A stretch of DNA of 64,000 nucleotides from contig OX597820.1 of assembly GCA_951406725.2 (NCBI GenBank), positions 126,418,001-126,482,000 of the forward strand, given 5' to 3'. Below the pieces are notes generated by a model, which had not been told where the DNA came from, did not search any database, and worked only from the letters and a program-made list of their open reading frames with translations. The translations under genes and the position numbers were made by a program. Positions 1 to 13,019 of the stretch are shown here, piece by piece (within the stretch, counting starts at the first letter, position 1; the number at the start of each line of letters is the position of its first letter). The stretch is from Octopus vulgaris (lineage: Eukaryota).

Positions 1-77
1 GGCAGCGAAACGGCGAAGAAACAAAGCACATACACTGAGTATGTGCGGTCAATAATGTACGTATAATATATACAGGA

Positions 78-524
<447 letters not shown>

Positions 525-912
525 GGAGGCAGATTGGAATGTATAGTTGGGAAAAGAAAGCAGAACAATAACGAAAGAAAACAAATTTATTATTGCATTG
601 CCTTATCTATAAGAATCGCAGAATCTATAGGCTGTATATATATATATACATGCAAAACATACGAGCAATAAGTGAAACTAAACTTAACATTCTCACAAGT
701 AATAACCGTTATCAACATATGTAAGTAATAAAACAGACTGAAGCAATGAAGCAACAAGAAACGGTGAGAAGAAAAACGATCCAAAGTAGCTACAAAACAA
801 CAATATCGAGAAATGAAACAATGGAACATTAAACAAATATTTTGTATACGTGCACATATTTACAACACACACATAGATAAATACATACATGAGTATCTGT
901 GTGATGTATGTA

Positions 913-955
<43 letters not shown>

Positions 956-1102
956 ATTATTAAAATTATAATTTAGGGTATCTAAGAGATGCCACCACGC
1001 TGGAAATAGCGGCCAAAACTTGACTGTAAAACCACATTAAATGCTCATACGGCACCAGGAGAGGAGACAAAGAGACAAAATATACCAGCAAAAAATTACT
1101 GA

Positions 1103-1161
1103 ATTCCAGATCCCGGATTTCTGACTTTGCATAAGAAATGGTCTGCCTTCATCAATGGAAT
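1103..1161 (-). ncRNA. Degenerate minimal type I hammerhead-like motif
   Basis: Minus strand reads ATTCCA-TTGATGA-(weak stem II)-GAAA-TCCGGGA-TC-TGGAAT. Helix I is 6 bp and the core is a U3 variant. Confidence 0.4.
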
Positions 1162-1280
1162 ATAATCAGATAGCGCATAAATACGAATATATATATAACA
1201 TACGAATACTTACATATACGAACGTATACATACATACATATATATGCACGTATGCACACGACCAATTTAAATTGCCCGCC

Positions 1281-1330
<50 letters not shown>

Positions 1331-1332
<2 letters not shown>

Positions 1333-1503
1333 TGCAGCATGGAAGGTGTTTATAAGCCATTTAAGAAACACACAAAACCGTTAGATTCACTTCAACATTT
1401 AAATTTAATTTGTCAAAATATTTTCGTCGCTTTGAGACCGCGACCTGTGCACGAAGTTTTGTGTGTTTCTTAAATGGCTTATAAACACCTTCCACGCTGC
1501 AAT
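1331..1503. repeat. Inverted repeat (~48-bp arms) between (TA)n runs, probably Penelope-like derived
   Basis: ATTGCAGCATGGAAGGTG...CACACAAAAC (1331-1378) has a near-perfect reverse complement at 1456-1503. Confidence 0.8.
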
Positions 1504-1559
1504 CGTTTTCGTTCCAGCACACGATCTCAGATCAAGTCACTCGCTATGCAAGTACATCT

Positions 1560-1645
<86 letters not shown>

Positions 1646-1747
1646 CTGTTTGCGGAAAAAACAAAATGATCCACATTTAATTACATGTTCTCATTCACTG
1701 TGCGACGCAGAGTTAGATATTTATTGAATGTGTTAACTGACTTGTCC

Positions 1748-1795
1748 TCTCCTGATGAAGCCCTCTAGATCGAAACGACTTGTAAATCGTAGAGA
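1748..1795 (+). ncRNA. Minimal type I hammerhead-like motif with degenerate stem II
   Basis: TCTC-CTGATGA-AGCCCTCTAGATC-GAAA-CGA(cttgtaaa)TCG-TA-GAGA. Core, helix I, helix III and a GUA site are present; stem II pairs poorly. Confidence 0.5.
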
Positions 1796-1863
1796 TTAAC
1801 TGTATCAACAGACAGACAGACAGGAAGGCGGGCAGGCAGGCAGATAGACAGACAGGCAGACAT

Positions 1864-1897
<34 letters not shown>

Positions 1898-1945
1898 GGA
1901 CAGGTAGACAGGCAGGCAGGCAGACAGACAGACAGACAGACAGAC

Positions 1946-2014
<69 letters not shown>

Positions 2015-3811
2015 TGTTTCTTTATTAGCCACACAGGGCTGCACACAGATAGAACAAATTACAAGGTAGAGCTTTTCTTTTGAAGGTTTAAAAAAAAAAA
2101 AAAGGAAGGGGGAGTTTCGATCAAAAGGGATCGTAAAAGGAGAGAAAGAGGACAAAAAAAAAGGGGGGTTAAAAAAAAAGGGGGAGAGGAAAAAAAAATT
2201 GATCAATAGGGATCGTTATCACAGAAATGTCAATATGAAGTGTAAAGGGGAGGACAGGTGAGGTTTACCCGTGGAAAGAAAAGCCTACGGAAAAGACCAC
2301 GGTAACCTCGGTCAATGAAGTCACATTTTATATTTCTTTTTTTTTTTTTTTTTTTTGCAAATAAGCAACTCTCTGTTTTCGATTTCTGGGTTCATAGGAC
2401 TATGCTCAAGGTGGCTTCGTCATTCATACGTGCCATTCTTGCTACATTCACCCATCTTTTTTTAAAACATTCGCTAGACAAAACTTGCCTCTCTACTCTC
2501 ACTTTCCTTTTCAAGTGGTATTTGAAGAAGTTGATGAGAGATTGACCAGAGAGGAAAGTGTTTGTCTCCAATCCTTTCAGACGCGTCCACCAGATACATT
2601 CTTTCGCCATAGCCACAAGGATGATGAAAATAGCTCTTCCTTCCCGTTTGAAGGAAGGAGGCGTGACAATATTGACGATAGACTCAGCTGATAAACCGAC
2701 TCGTCCCACACGTGACAGCAGTTGTTCGACATAAGCCCACAGGTCGGAAATTGTTGGACACTGAACGAGTGCGTGCAGAACGGTTTCGTCGCTCTGACCG
2801 CATCTCGGGCAGGTCGGCCCCGTGTTTCTCGAGCCGTGTCTGTAGAGCTTATCCCGAACGGGTAGCGCTTCTCGGTAGCACTGCCAGGCCAGGGATCTCT
2901 GGAAGTTGTCCATGGGCCCTGGCCCGAAAGTCGTCCTGAACAGGCGGGTCAGGTACTCCTCGTCGACGTCCAGGTTCGCCCCGAGCTCGTCGTCGTACCT
3001 CCCCTCCACTAAACCCCTATAGAATGCTTTGGTTGTGTTGAAGTCACTTAAGGTCGACCCAGGACGGCAGAGTTGCTTGAGAGCAACGCGACACTCGCGG
3101 TGCCATTCGCCCTTCCTCGGCCTCTTTTTGATCCACGACTGCAGTTCGGTCATGGAGACGAGCTGCGGGAAAGCGTGCCTCACAAACGGCGACCACACCT
3201 GTTCACCGTCGTCTACATAGAGCCAGAGATGCCGCAGTCTCAGCGCGTGTCTGCGCATCATCAACCACGGCATGCCCAGCCCTCCTTTTAACGGGTGTTG
3301 ACAGCAAATGGATCGCCTGACCATCGGGACGCATCCTTTCCACAAGAAGCGAAAGAGGATGCGTTCTAGTTTGGTGATAGTAGGGTCGGGACAAGGTACG
3401 ACGGTCAGGCGGTAGTAGATGACGGACGCGATGTACGTGTTCGCCACCTCCGCTCGACCTTTTAGGGACAGTTTCCTCTCGGCCCATTGCCGGGCGAGAG
3501 TGACCACCCTACTCGTTATCTCGTTCCAGTTCTTCTCCACTTGGAGGTCCGGACCAAACCAGACCCCGAGCAACTCAACCGGGCCGTCGGTCCAGCGTCC
3601 CACGACGGAGGCGCTGGTGGACGGCATGGGCTTGCTTCTCCAGGTGCCTAGTCGCAAGCCCACTGACTTTTCCCGGTTGATTTTCGCTCCTATCACCGCT
3701 TCGTAGTTTTTCAGTGTCTCGCCGACCAGCTCGATGTGCTCGTGGCTAGACACTATGACGGTGACGTCGTCCGCGTATGCAGACACGCTCGTCCCGCATC
3801 CCAATTCTCGC
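2015..3811 (-). mobile_element. 5'-truncated L1-Tx1 non-LTR retrotransposon (RT C-terminal half, zinc finger, 3' UTR)
   Basis: ORF 2392-3804 has SAYADD, LSLKGRA and CPRC..ETVLHALVQC motifs. The pyrimidine-rich 3' UTR ends in AATAAAGAAAC. Both sides are flanked by (GATA)n. Confidence 0.92.
2392..3804 (-). CDS. Tx1 ORF2 C-terminal part (reverse transcriptase YADD to zinc-binding domain), uninterrupted
   Basis: 470-aa open frame with YADD and a CX2C...H...C motif; the true start is missing because of 5' truncation. Confidence 0.85.
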   Translation of the reverse strand: MGCGTSVSAYADDVTVIVSSHEHIELVGETLKNYEAVIGAKINREKSVGLRLGTWRSKPMPSTSASVVGRWTDGPVELLGVWFGPDLQVEKNWNEITSRVVTLARQWAERKLSLKGRAEVANTYIASVIYYRLTVVPCPDPTITKLERILFRFLWKGCVPMVRRSICCQHPLKGGLGMPWLMMRRHALRLRHLWLYVDDGEQVWSPFVRHAFPQLVSMTELQSWIKKRPRKGEWHRECRVALKQLCRPGSTLSDFNTTKAFYRGLVEGRYDDELGANLDVDEEYLTRLFRTTFGPGPMDNFQRSLAWQCYREALPVRDKLYRHGSRNTGPTCPRCGQSDETVLHALVQCPTISDLWAYVEQLLSRVGRVGLSAESIVNIVTPPSFKREGRAIFIILVAMAKECIWWTRLKGLETNTFLSGQSLINFFKYHLKRKVRVERQVLSSECFKKRWVNVARMARMNDEATLSIVL

Positions 3812-3900
<89 letters not shown>

Positions 3901-4174
3901 GTTTCTTTATTGGCCACACAGGGCTGCACACAGATGGGACAAGTTACAAGGTAGAGCTTTGGGGGGGGGATGAAAAAACAAAAAACAAAAGAAAAAAAGG
4001 GGGGTGGCGTAGGTTTTCGATCAAGAGGGATCGTAAAAGGGAAGAAAAAAAAACAAAAAAAATACATAAATAAATAAAATATAAAATAAAAAGAATAAAA
4101 AGAAAAAAAGAAAAGGAAAAGGAACAAAAGAAAAGAGAAATGAAAAAAGAAGAAAAAAGGGGAAAAAAGGGGAA

Positions 4175-5868
4175 GAGGACCGCCTCCAAGTATCGATGGT
4201 CTACCCTATCGAAGGCTTTCGATTGATCCAAATTGATCAGCGCCCCACCCATGCCAGGTTCGTTAACTACCCTGTCTATGATGTAGCGCATCAGGTGGAG
4301 GTTGTCGTGGATGGTCCGGCCCGGCACGGCGCATGTTTGCGCCTTGTCGACCAGTTTCTCGATGACAAGCGCCAACCTCTTGGCTAGCACCTTGGCCAAA
4401 ATTTTGAAGTCTGCATTAAGCAGAGTGATGGGCCTAAAGTTATCTATTACATTTCCCTTGTTTAGATCTTTCTTCAGCAGTTTTACGGCTCCTCGGCTCA
4501 CAAAACCAGGAATGCTCCCGTTTTGCTGTCAGTTGCAGTACACCGCCGCCAAGAGATCTCCAAACAAGTCTGGCATACAATTGTAAAGCTCGTAGGGTAG
4601 ACTATCCAAACCCGGTGATTTGTCCCTCGAGCATTCTGCCATCGCGTCCTGCACTTCCGCCGCCGTGATGGCACCTTCGCAGCACCCTGCCTTTCTTGTC
4701 GAGAGTCGTGGTAGGCTATGTAGGTAGGCACTGAAGTCCACCCTACGTTCTTGCCCTCCACTCGTCCCGAACAGTCGGGCAAAATGCTGCTGAAAGGCCT
4801 CACATATTTTACTTGGCTCGAGCAATTCGCGCCCTTGTTCATCTACCAGGGACCGAATGGTGGCTTTGTTGCCCTGTTGCCCCTCTGCCACCCGGGCCTC
4901 TCTCGCGGCTCCAACACATTCGTTCCTTAGAGCACGCATCCTAGCTCTGACAGCACATCCTTCGTGTTTGGCGTTGAAGTGTTGGTCGAGGGCCAACCTC
5001 GCCGCCAAAACGTCGGATGCGATGCCGCTTCTAATTGCCTCTTCTAGCTTCTTAACTAGCTCACCCTCTACTCTATTTCTATCTATGGCTAGTGCTTTGC
5101 TGTACCTAATCGCTTCTGCTTTTACTGCTCTCTTGAGGGCAAACCACCATTTGTTGTTGATGATGGCTCCCGTCAAAGCCCTCTTTACTAGTGTGCTAAT
5201 CCGGTCTCTGAAACCCTGTCTCGATGGGAAAGACGCGTTTAGTTTCCAGTATCCGGGACCCTGCCTAAGTGTCTTACCTAAGTCTAGCGTACATGTCACA
5301 AGTTTGTGATCCGTGTAGCTGACTATGTGGAATTGTGGACATCCTATGCTATCTCTGTCTACTGTCCTACACAGTATCCTATCTAGATACGATCTCGACG
5401 ACCCGATGCGGTTGCTCCATGTCCACGTTGGCGCATTCGGGTGGTCTAGTCGGAACCTGTCAGACAGTTGAAAGCGTCTGAGCAGGTCTCTGAGGCATTT
5501 GCATCCCGGTCTATTCCTATCTCTACCCACGTAGTCTACATGCGTGTCCAAGGTAGCATTCCAATCCCCCACTAAGAGTAAAGGACGAGACGTTCCCAAG
5601 AATACTTCTAGACGTTGAAAGAAATCCACCCGACCTGTTAAGGGCGGTGTGTAGACTGATACGAGTCGAAAAGCGCACCCATTGCTGCCGTCGAAAAATA
5701 AATCTTGATCTGTCCGCCAAACATGGTCTTTAGGGCCCGCGGATTGTGGAGTCTGGTCTCACTTATGGCTATGATTTCTAACTTATGTGACTTTATGTCA
5801 TTTAAGAGGTACCCTTGTTTCCAAGGGGACCCCAAGCCACGCGCATTTACACAACCAATCTTGATCAT
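4175..5868 (-). pseudogene. Tx1 ORF2 N-terminal part (APE endonuclease and first RT motifs), inactivated
   Basis: Frameshifting deletion near 5695, in-frame TGA at 4529-4531 where Trp is expected (YCN*QQNG), and truncation after RYLEAVL. Confidence 0.88.
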
Positions 5869-6336
5869 AATCCTAATGAATTAGAATACAAGTGAAAGGA
5901 ACAGAGGGTTACTTACTGCTCGAAAGTTTTTGCTTTCTCCTCCTTTGGTTTGTCCTCGAGGAGATCCCAGTACAGTTTCTTTGTGAGATTTTTTGGCATT
6001 TACCAACCGCACTGGGGAAAATGCATTTGAGTGTGTGGTGCAGACTTTTGGAGATGTGTAATATTTTGATGTGGTCTGGTGTTGTGTATGGGTGATTGTT
6101 TGTTTTTATGTCATCTTCTGTTATGTTTGTTTTTGATTGGATGTATTCCATCAAATTTGTGTTTTTGGTGTCTATAGCTGTGAGCATGTTTGCTGTATAG
6201 ATTTTTGTAGTGTTGGTGTGGCTGTTGTTTGTGTTGGGTTTTGAAATGTCTTCGGGAGATGTATTTCCCCCTGCTTTGTTCGTGTTTGCATTTGGTTTGG
6301 TTGTGTTTCTGCTCTTTATTTTCCTTCTTTTTGTAG

Positions 6337-7899
6337 CTATTTACCATTCCTCACTGGTTTCGTCTTCCGACGAAATTTCTGAGGAATCAGTAGGGGTAGG
6401 GGTATGTTGTAGGCTTCTATGTATGTCTGTGTAAGTGGTTGTGTTGTTGTTTTCGTTGTTGTTGGTTGTTGAGTGTTTGTGTGTGTTGAGTGCGGTATAA
6501 GGGATGGGGGATCAGTTTTTGTGTGTTTTCTTTGTTTTTCTGTTCCTTTGGTTCTTGCTGTTGTTGGTGGTGTTGGTATTTTTTCAGGTGTTGAGTGGTT
6601 TTTGGTTGAAGACGGATTAGCTTGGTGTGCTTCTCTTGTCGTCTTCTGTGTTGATGGTGGTGTGGGTAGTAGAGCTTTTTTTCCGGAGTGCTTTGGTTGT
6701 GGTAGTGGTTGTTGTTGTTGCTCTTGGTGTGCAGTGGTTGGGCACGTCTTTTTCAAGTGTGTTTCGCTTCCACACAAATAGCAGCGTGGTCGCCTGCCCT
6801 CTACCACTACATAAAGTTTGTAGCCTCCTGGCAGTTCTATAGTGGTGGGTATCTTCTCTCTTGCTACTTCATCCAATTGAAGAAGGAATTCGATTGATTT
6901 TCCCACATAGTCTTTCTCTCCTAGAACAGCGATTTCAAGGATGTTTGTCTCTGTCATTTCAAAGCAGATGGCAGAGACTAACCATTGTGTTTCGACTTCA
7001 AGTGGTACATTTTTTATTTGGACTTTCGTGACTCTCTTGTTTAAATAGACTGGTATCATTACCAAGTCGTCCGAATGCAGCTCCAATGTGGAAAAACATT
7101 TTGCTAAACTTTCGTTGAGGAAACGTACTTGGACTGTACCAAATTTATTTCCCCAACTGATATATTCCTTGGAGTCCCATGCAGGACGAAGGCATTTTTC
7201 AATTTTTTTCTGCGGTGCATTTTCTGTTCTTCTTGTTTTCTTGCTTACTACTTTATAAATTATTGTTTTTTTGTGTGTGTTTTCCACGATGTGTTGTGGA
7301 ATGTGAAGGTGCAATTTGTCTCCTTCTTTGGTGAAGAGTGCTTTTGTGCGGTTTATTTCCTGTGTGGTGAATTTTACAATTGTTCGTTTTTGTTTTGTCT
7401 CATCCGCAAAATTCGTTTTAAATTTGGCAGCAGAAGGGCTAGTTGTAGCAGTTGAAGTCGTGGTAGTGGTGTTGGTGTTGGTGTTGGCGGTGTTAGCAGC
7501 AGAAGGGTTAGTTGTAGCAGTTGAAGTCGTAGTAGTGGTGTTGGTGTTGGCGGTGTTGTCTTTGGTAGGCGGCTTTGTGCCCATTTCGTTGTTGTTGGTG
7601 GTGGTGGTGATGGTGGTGGTGCTGGCATTCATGTTTTCGTCTGTATTCGTTTTTGAAATCCTCTTCTCCGTCCTTTTATCATCGACAAGAGGTGTAGGGA
7701 GTGGGGGGAAATCTAAGTTAATGTCTTCGGTCGTGGCTATGTTGAATGGTCTTGCGACGTTAGTTTTGCTGTTGTTGTTGTTGGTGGTGACAGCGGTGTT
7801 CAAGCTGCGAGGTTTAGCAGCTAGTGGTAGCAATAGTGTTTCGCTACCGTTCTGCATGACTGGCGGGCTAGCCACGTGGTTTCTAGTTGCCATTTTCAC
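6337..7899 (-). CDS. Tx1 ORF1 (gag-like nucleic-acid binding protein with CCHC zinc knuckle)
   Basis: 520-aa ORF with EGRRPRCYLCGSETHLKKTC (CX2CX4HX4C), upstream of ORF2. It contains a Thr/Asn-rich tandem duplication at ~7425-7560. Confidence 0.88.
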   Translation of the reverse strand: MKMATRNHVASPPVMQNGSETLLLPLAAKPRSLNTAVTTNNNNSKTNVARPFNIATTEDINLDFPPLPTPLVDDKRTEKRISKTNTDENMNASTTTITTTTNNNEMGTKPPTKDNTANTNTTTTTSTATTNPSAANTANTNTNTTTTTSTATTSPSAAKFKTNFADETKQKRTIVKFTTQEINRTKALFTKEGDKLHLHIPQHIVENTHKKTIIYKVVSKKTRRTENAPQKKIEKCLRPAWDSKEYISWGNKFGTVQVRFLNESLAKCFSTLELHSDDLVMIPVYLNKRVTKVQIKNVPLEVETQWLVSAICFEMTETNILEIAVLGEKDYVGKSIEFLLQLDEVAREKIPTTIELPGGYKLYVVVEGRRPRCYLCGSETHLKKTCPTTAHQEQQQQPLPQPKHSGKKALLPTPPSTQKTTREAHQANPSSTKNHSTPEKIPTPPTTARTKGTEKQRKHTKTDPPSLIPHSTHTNTQQPTTTKTTTQPLTQTYIEAYNIPLPLLIPQKFRRKTKPVRNGK

Positions 7900-8117
7900 A
7901 ATGAAAAATGGCTAAAAAGAACCAACGAAAGTTTTGAAAGTTTCTGGTAATTTCGCCCATACAGGGGCGGAATTCTACGTGAATAATTCTCAGGTTTTTT
8001 AGTGAATGAACTTGCACAACGATTAAAACAAAATATTTGACAACAAAGAGTTTTAAACATGTAAAAGTGGCCAACTTACGTGGAGCCGATATGACTAGCG
8101 TCCGTCCATTGTGAGAT

Positions 8118-8206
<89 letters not shown>

Positions 8207-9212
8207 GGTTATATAAATATATGTATGTGTTTTGCAAGAATCTTGATGTGAAATCGTGTGACGAAACGGATATTGTTATACATGGGAATGGTCACCTTTT
8301 GCCAATTAAACATATTCGTTGTTTATTTGATCTTCACTCTGTCTTTATTATGATTGCTTTTAGTTTATTTCTCAAAGTTCTTTCGTCACACATTCTGCGA
8401 CTTCTTCAGCGAATTTCTGGCCCTAGTGTCCCATATATATACATACATGATACGTACGAATATATTCATATAAGTAGATATACATATATGTATGTAAATA
8501 TATACATATTCCTATATGTATGTGCATGTATATGCATATACACATATATATGCAAGCATATGTTTGTGTTCATATATATATATACATATATATATATTGA
8601 GAGAGAGAGAACTGGAATCCAAACATAACCTTTCGATTCCAGTAAATTATACGTTCTAGTCTGCAGAATATTTAGCCACTGACGGGATATAATTGGATGA
8701 GTAAAAAATTCAGTTCGAAAACAAGAGAAGAGACCTTCATATATATAAATATATGTATGTGTGTGTAGACGTGCCTTTGTATGTGTCTATGTTTTCAAAG
8801 CTCTGTATGTTACTACTCGAGGTTTCCTGACTTCGATCATCAGCTGAGTCTGTCTGAAACTAGAAACCCCGAATATTGTTCCACTCTACCAAACAGAACT
8901 GAGAATTCTCTTAGGCTTAATTAAATTTCACAACAGGGTAATACTACTACTACTACATACAAACATACAAACATACATACATTCAGACAGACAGACAGAT
9001 TTCGGTGTTATATTTGTCTGGCATGTGATTTGATCTGAGAGCGTGTGTTGAAGCTAAAGTTATTACATACTCTGTAATTTCTATATATAAATTCATTTAT
9101 ATATTTAAGCCTGTAAATATGACTACATACATACGTATAAATATGTGCAGGGTGTGTGTGTGTGTGTGTGTAGTAGTAGTAGTAGTATTTGTAGTAGTAG
9201 TAGTAGTATATT

Positions 9213-9425
9213 AGGTGAGCTGGCAGAATCGTTACAGCGCCGGCGAAAATGCTTAGCGATATTTCGTCCGTCTTTATGCTCTGAGTTCAAATTCCGCCGA
9301 GGATGACTTCGCCTTTCATCTTTTCGGGTGTCGACAAAATAAGTACTAGTTGAACACTGCGGTCCCTGTTATCAGCTTACTCCCTCACAGAACTTATTGG
9401 TCTTGTGCCAAAATTTGAAAGCAAT
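9213..9425 (+). mobile_element. tRNA-derived SINE (family A, short-tail variant)
   Basis: GGTGAGCTGGCAGAATCG...GAGTTCAAATTCC A/B-box-like head, shared with many copies in the window. Confidence 0.75.
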
Positions 9426-9534
9426 ATATATATATATATATATATATATATCTTTTCTTAGTGGTCAGACCATATGGGGTCTACCTCTAGCATAATGGAT
9501 GCCCACTTAGTGGTCATCACCCTTAAATGTATGT

Positions 9535-9575
<41 letters not shown>

Positions 9576-11181
9576 ATGCATGTATGTATGTGTGTGTGTG
9601 TCTGTATTATATATTTATGTATATATGTGTGTGTGTGTGTGTGTGTGTACGTGTGTGTATATGTATACACACGCATATACATAAATACTTTAAAACGTGC
9701 TTTCATACATACCTGCAAATATACATATATATATGTAAATAAAATATATGTGCGTATGAACGAACTTGTCTGTGTTTGCAGTTGTTTACCTAAAAATGGG
9801 TGGCTGACAACAATAAGAAACTCTACACCGTAACGATCATGAAACCTTTTCTCAACTGCATACAATATACTCGAGCTTAGAAAAGGCACGGATACTTGTG
9901 AGAGGTTTAGGTCTTATGAAGTTGTAGTAAGATCTGATGCGAGATTAATTATGATGTACATTGTATCTTTACATTGCTGGTGAAGTAAGTACCAGTCAAT
10001 AATAATTTTTAAAACGGAGGGTACCTTTCAGTGATACAGAGAGGAGTAATGTACAGTTTAAAGTAAAGCAACTTCTGTTATTCGATAATTGAAAGGTGGT
10101 GAGCTGCCCACCTTTCACCTATTGGATAACAGAAGTTGTTTTATTGTGCCGGTCAATCGGCTTGGCATTTTACCGACTTTATTATCTGAGTTCAAATGAC
10201 GCCGGGTTCGACTTTTGCTTTTCATGTTTTCGGAATTAGGCCATGAGCCTGGCTAGGCTTGAAAAGGGCGCATAAATAAATGATATATAATGATGGACGA
10301 CTTATGATATATGCACAGTTTTTGCCGAACGACCTGCACAAATGATTCGTTTATAGAGATCAAATATATGCGCTGTATATCAGCTCGATCTCTCTATAAA
10401 ATCGATGCCGAAATGATCGTAGAGTAACGTTAACTAAGATGTTTTACTTAAGAGAACACAACGCGCTGCCGAGTCCAGCAATCGAACCCACGATCGTTAG
10501 TGCAACGTGCTAACCACGAGGCCACGCGCCTTCACTATTCTTATATTATATTATATCGATACATATAAATTTGACATGGGCGATTCTTGTCTTGGAATCT
10601 ACGATCAAGCGGCTAGGTGGAATTGTGCGAGAAATTACATAGATGTGTAGAATGATCTGGGATTTATATTTTTTCATAGCTCCCATGGTTACCAAGATAA
10701 TCTACTATAATAATACTCTTGTGTCTATGAATGAGAAAGGAAGGGGTGATAAATGAATAAGGAAGGAAGGGAGAGATGTCATACTTGGTAGTAGGATGAT
10801 GAAAATTGTACACTGAAAAAATAAATCAAACAGCATTTCAACTCTGTGTGAATATATATGTGTGTGTATGTAAAAGGGGGTATGTGAATGTGTGTGTATG
10901 CGAGTGTGTGTGTGCGTGTGTGCGCAAATAAAATGGGATGGTTCATCTTGGTTCGCTTAGTATTTGGGTTTATGTTTTGATTTGGTTGAATCTTGGTTGG
11001 TTTATTTCTCCTTTTTGGTCAGTTATTTTTAGCGTTTTGGCAGAAAAAAAGTCATTTCTAAAATTGTTTTCTAACGTAAGCGTGCCCAAACAAGTCGAAT
11101 GCTTACACAGAGCAGGCTTTACAGCCACATCATCAAACCGACATATATGTATGTATGTGTGTATGTGTGTATGTATGTATG

Positions 11182-11213
<32 letters not shown>

Positions 11214-11450
11214 TGTTTCATATAAAATATAATATTACGTCATCCATTAACTATTGTACAAATAATTTTTATTCGCATCGACATTTATATAGAAAAATAT
11301 TACATTCGAACGATGACAACTTTCTGTATTTAGCCTTTTGGCTATTGTGGTTTATTCATTCTGAAATGAAAGTTTCAGTTTATATTCAGTTTATGCAAAC
11401 CCCGGGTTCACTGGGTAAATCTATTCTACTCGATAAAGCATAAACATCGA

Positions 11451-11521
<71 letters not shown>

Positions 11522-12065
11522 GAAGAACAAAATTTCCATACTGAACATATTACAGGATAGATCTTATGTAATATGTATCACTGCATGATATATGGTGTTT
11601 GGTATGTAAATGTATGCATACGACAAGATGCATACGATAGTGCGGCACTGAAGAGAAATATGAACGAAGTGTTCGGCTAAACTTTCGACTCACATTTAGA
11701 CAAACAAAATGTAGGAAGAATATAGGAAACACAAGAAGCTATGAATATTCATGAAAAGAATCTGCTGAAAATGATTCATGCAAGGAAGTTCCCAACCCTA
11801 GATTGGTTCTAGGAAGAAATGTTTGTGATTTGATGTTGAGGTTTTTCATGTAATATATCGGTAGAATATTGAAATTGGTACAAATATATATATATATATA
11901 TATACCTACATGCTGTCATATGTGTATATGAGAAGAGGAGTGGGGTGCGTGAGCATCTTATTTTGGTCGAGTGAGTCTCTCCTGTTGCTCAGATTTTCGT
12001 CTGTATGTGCACAAGATTTACAGGCAAGGTTTGCTTCCGAGAGTTAATACGTTGATGATAAATAG

Positions 12066-12067
12066 AT

Positions 12068-12142
<75 letters not shown>

Positions 12143-12712
12143 CGTGCATACATACATATATACATACATGTATACATGTACACAGATACGCATACATATT
12201 CACTGCGTGCATTTATGTGTATGTGCGCGCGTGTGTTTGTGTAAACAGTCAGTGACACCAATATATATGTTTATACATATGTGTATGTACACACACACAC
12301 ACATACTACACACATGCACACGCACGCACATACATACATACATACATACATACATACATACACACATACATACATACATACATACACACATACATACATA
12401 CATACATACACACACACATACACACACATACATACATACATACATACATACACACACACATACATACATACACATACATACATACATAGATACATACATA
12501 CATACATACATATACACATACATACATACATACATACACACACACATACATACATACATACATACATACATACATACATACATACATACATACATACACA
12601 CACACATACATACATAAGTACAAACATACATACATACACACATACATACATACATACATACATACATACATACACACACACATACATACATAAGTACAAA
12701 CATACATACATC
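12066..12712. repeat. Compound (TG)n/(TACA)n microsatellite block
   Basis: Directly visible; it generates the spurious HTYI/MYVC ORFs. Confidence 0.95.
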
Positions 12713-13019
12713 CTGATACAATTGATTTAATTCACTACATTTCGGATTGATTACTTTGGAAATATCTTTCCACTCTTCAATTCATATGAGAATGTTGATT
12801 CAGGCATAATTGCAGCATTCAAATTTTTCTGAAGATTATATAAATTGAACTTTGTAATTATGATTTCCGGCTAAAACAAATGAACATAGAATCGAAGTGA
12901 CACACTGCCTATTGACTTCTCCTTAGACAGACTAACATCTAAGCTAAATACCAGCAAATCTAGAACCTACAACTGTAAATCTAAGCGCTCAAATGAATTT
13001 ATGTACGTACGTACGTATG

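Larger units (their letters stand above)
3899..8114 (-). mobile_element. L1-Tx1 element with intact 5' end and ORF1, disrupted ORF2 and internal deletion joining RT to the 3' UTR
   Basis: 5' end abuts (GATA)n at ~8115. ORF1 is 6337-7899. ORF2 has APE motifs (NARGL, ISETR, GDWNA, SYLDRI, TDH) and RT motifs (KSPGLD, FRPITLLN, LDQSKAFDRV), then switches at ~4175 to 3' UTR and (GATA)n at 3812-3898. Confidence 0.92.

Noticed and set aside
7316-7915. 199-aa hydrophobic plus-strand ORF
   Set aside because: It is the antisense shadow of the Thr/Asn-rich Tx1 ORF1.
8812-8850. CTGATGA...GAAA motifs at ~8812-8850 (-) and ~38598-38630 (+)
   Set aside because: Stems II and III do not form convincingly, so these may be chance matches or remnants too decayed to call.
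12066-12730. Many 130-230 aa ORFs made of HTYI/MYVC/CV/IY repeats (also 21342-22247 and 26002-26780)
   Set aside because: They are stop-free translations of microsatellites, not genes.
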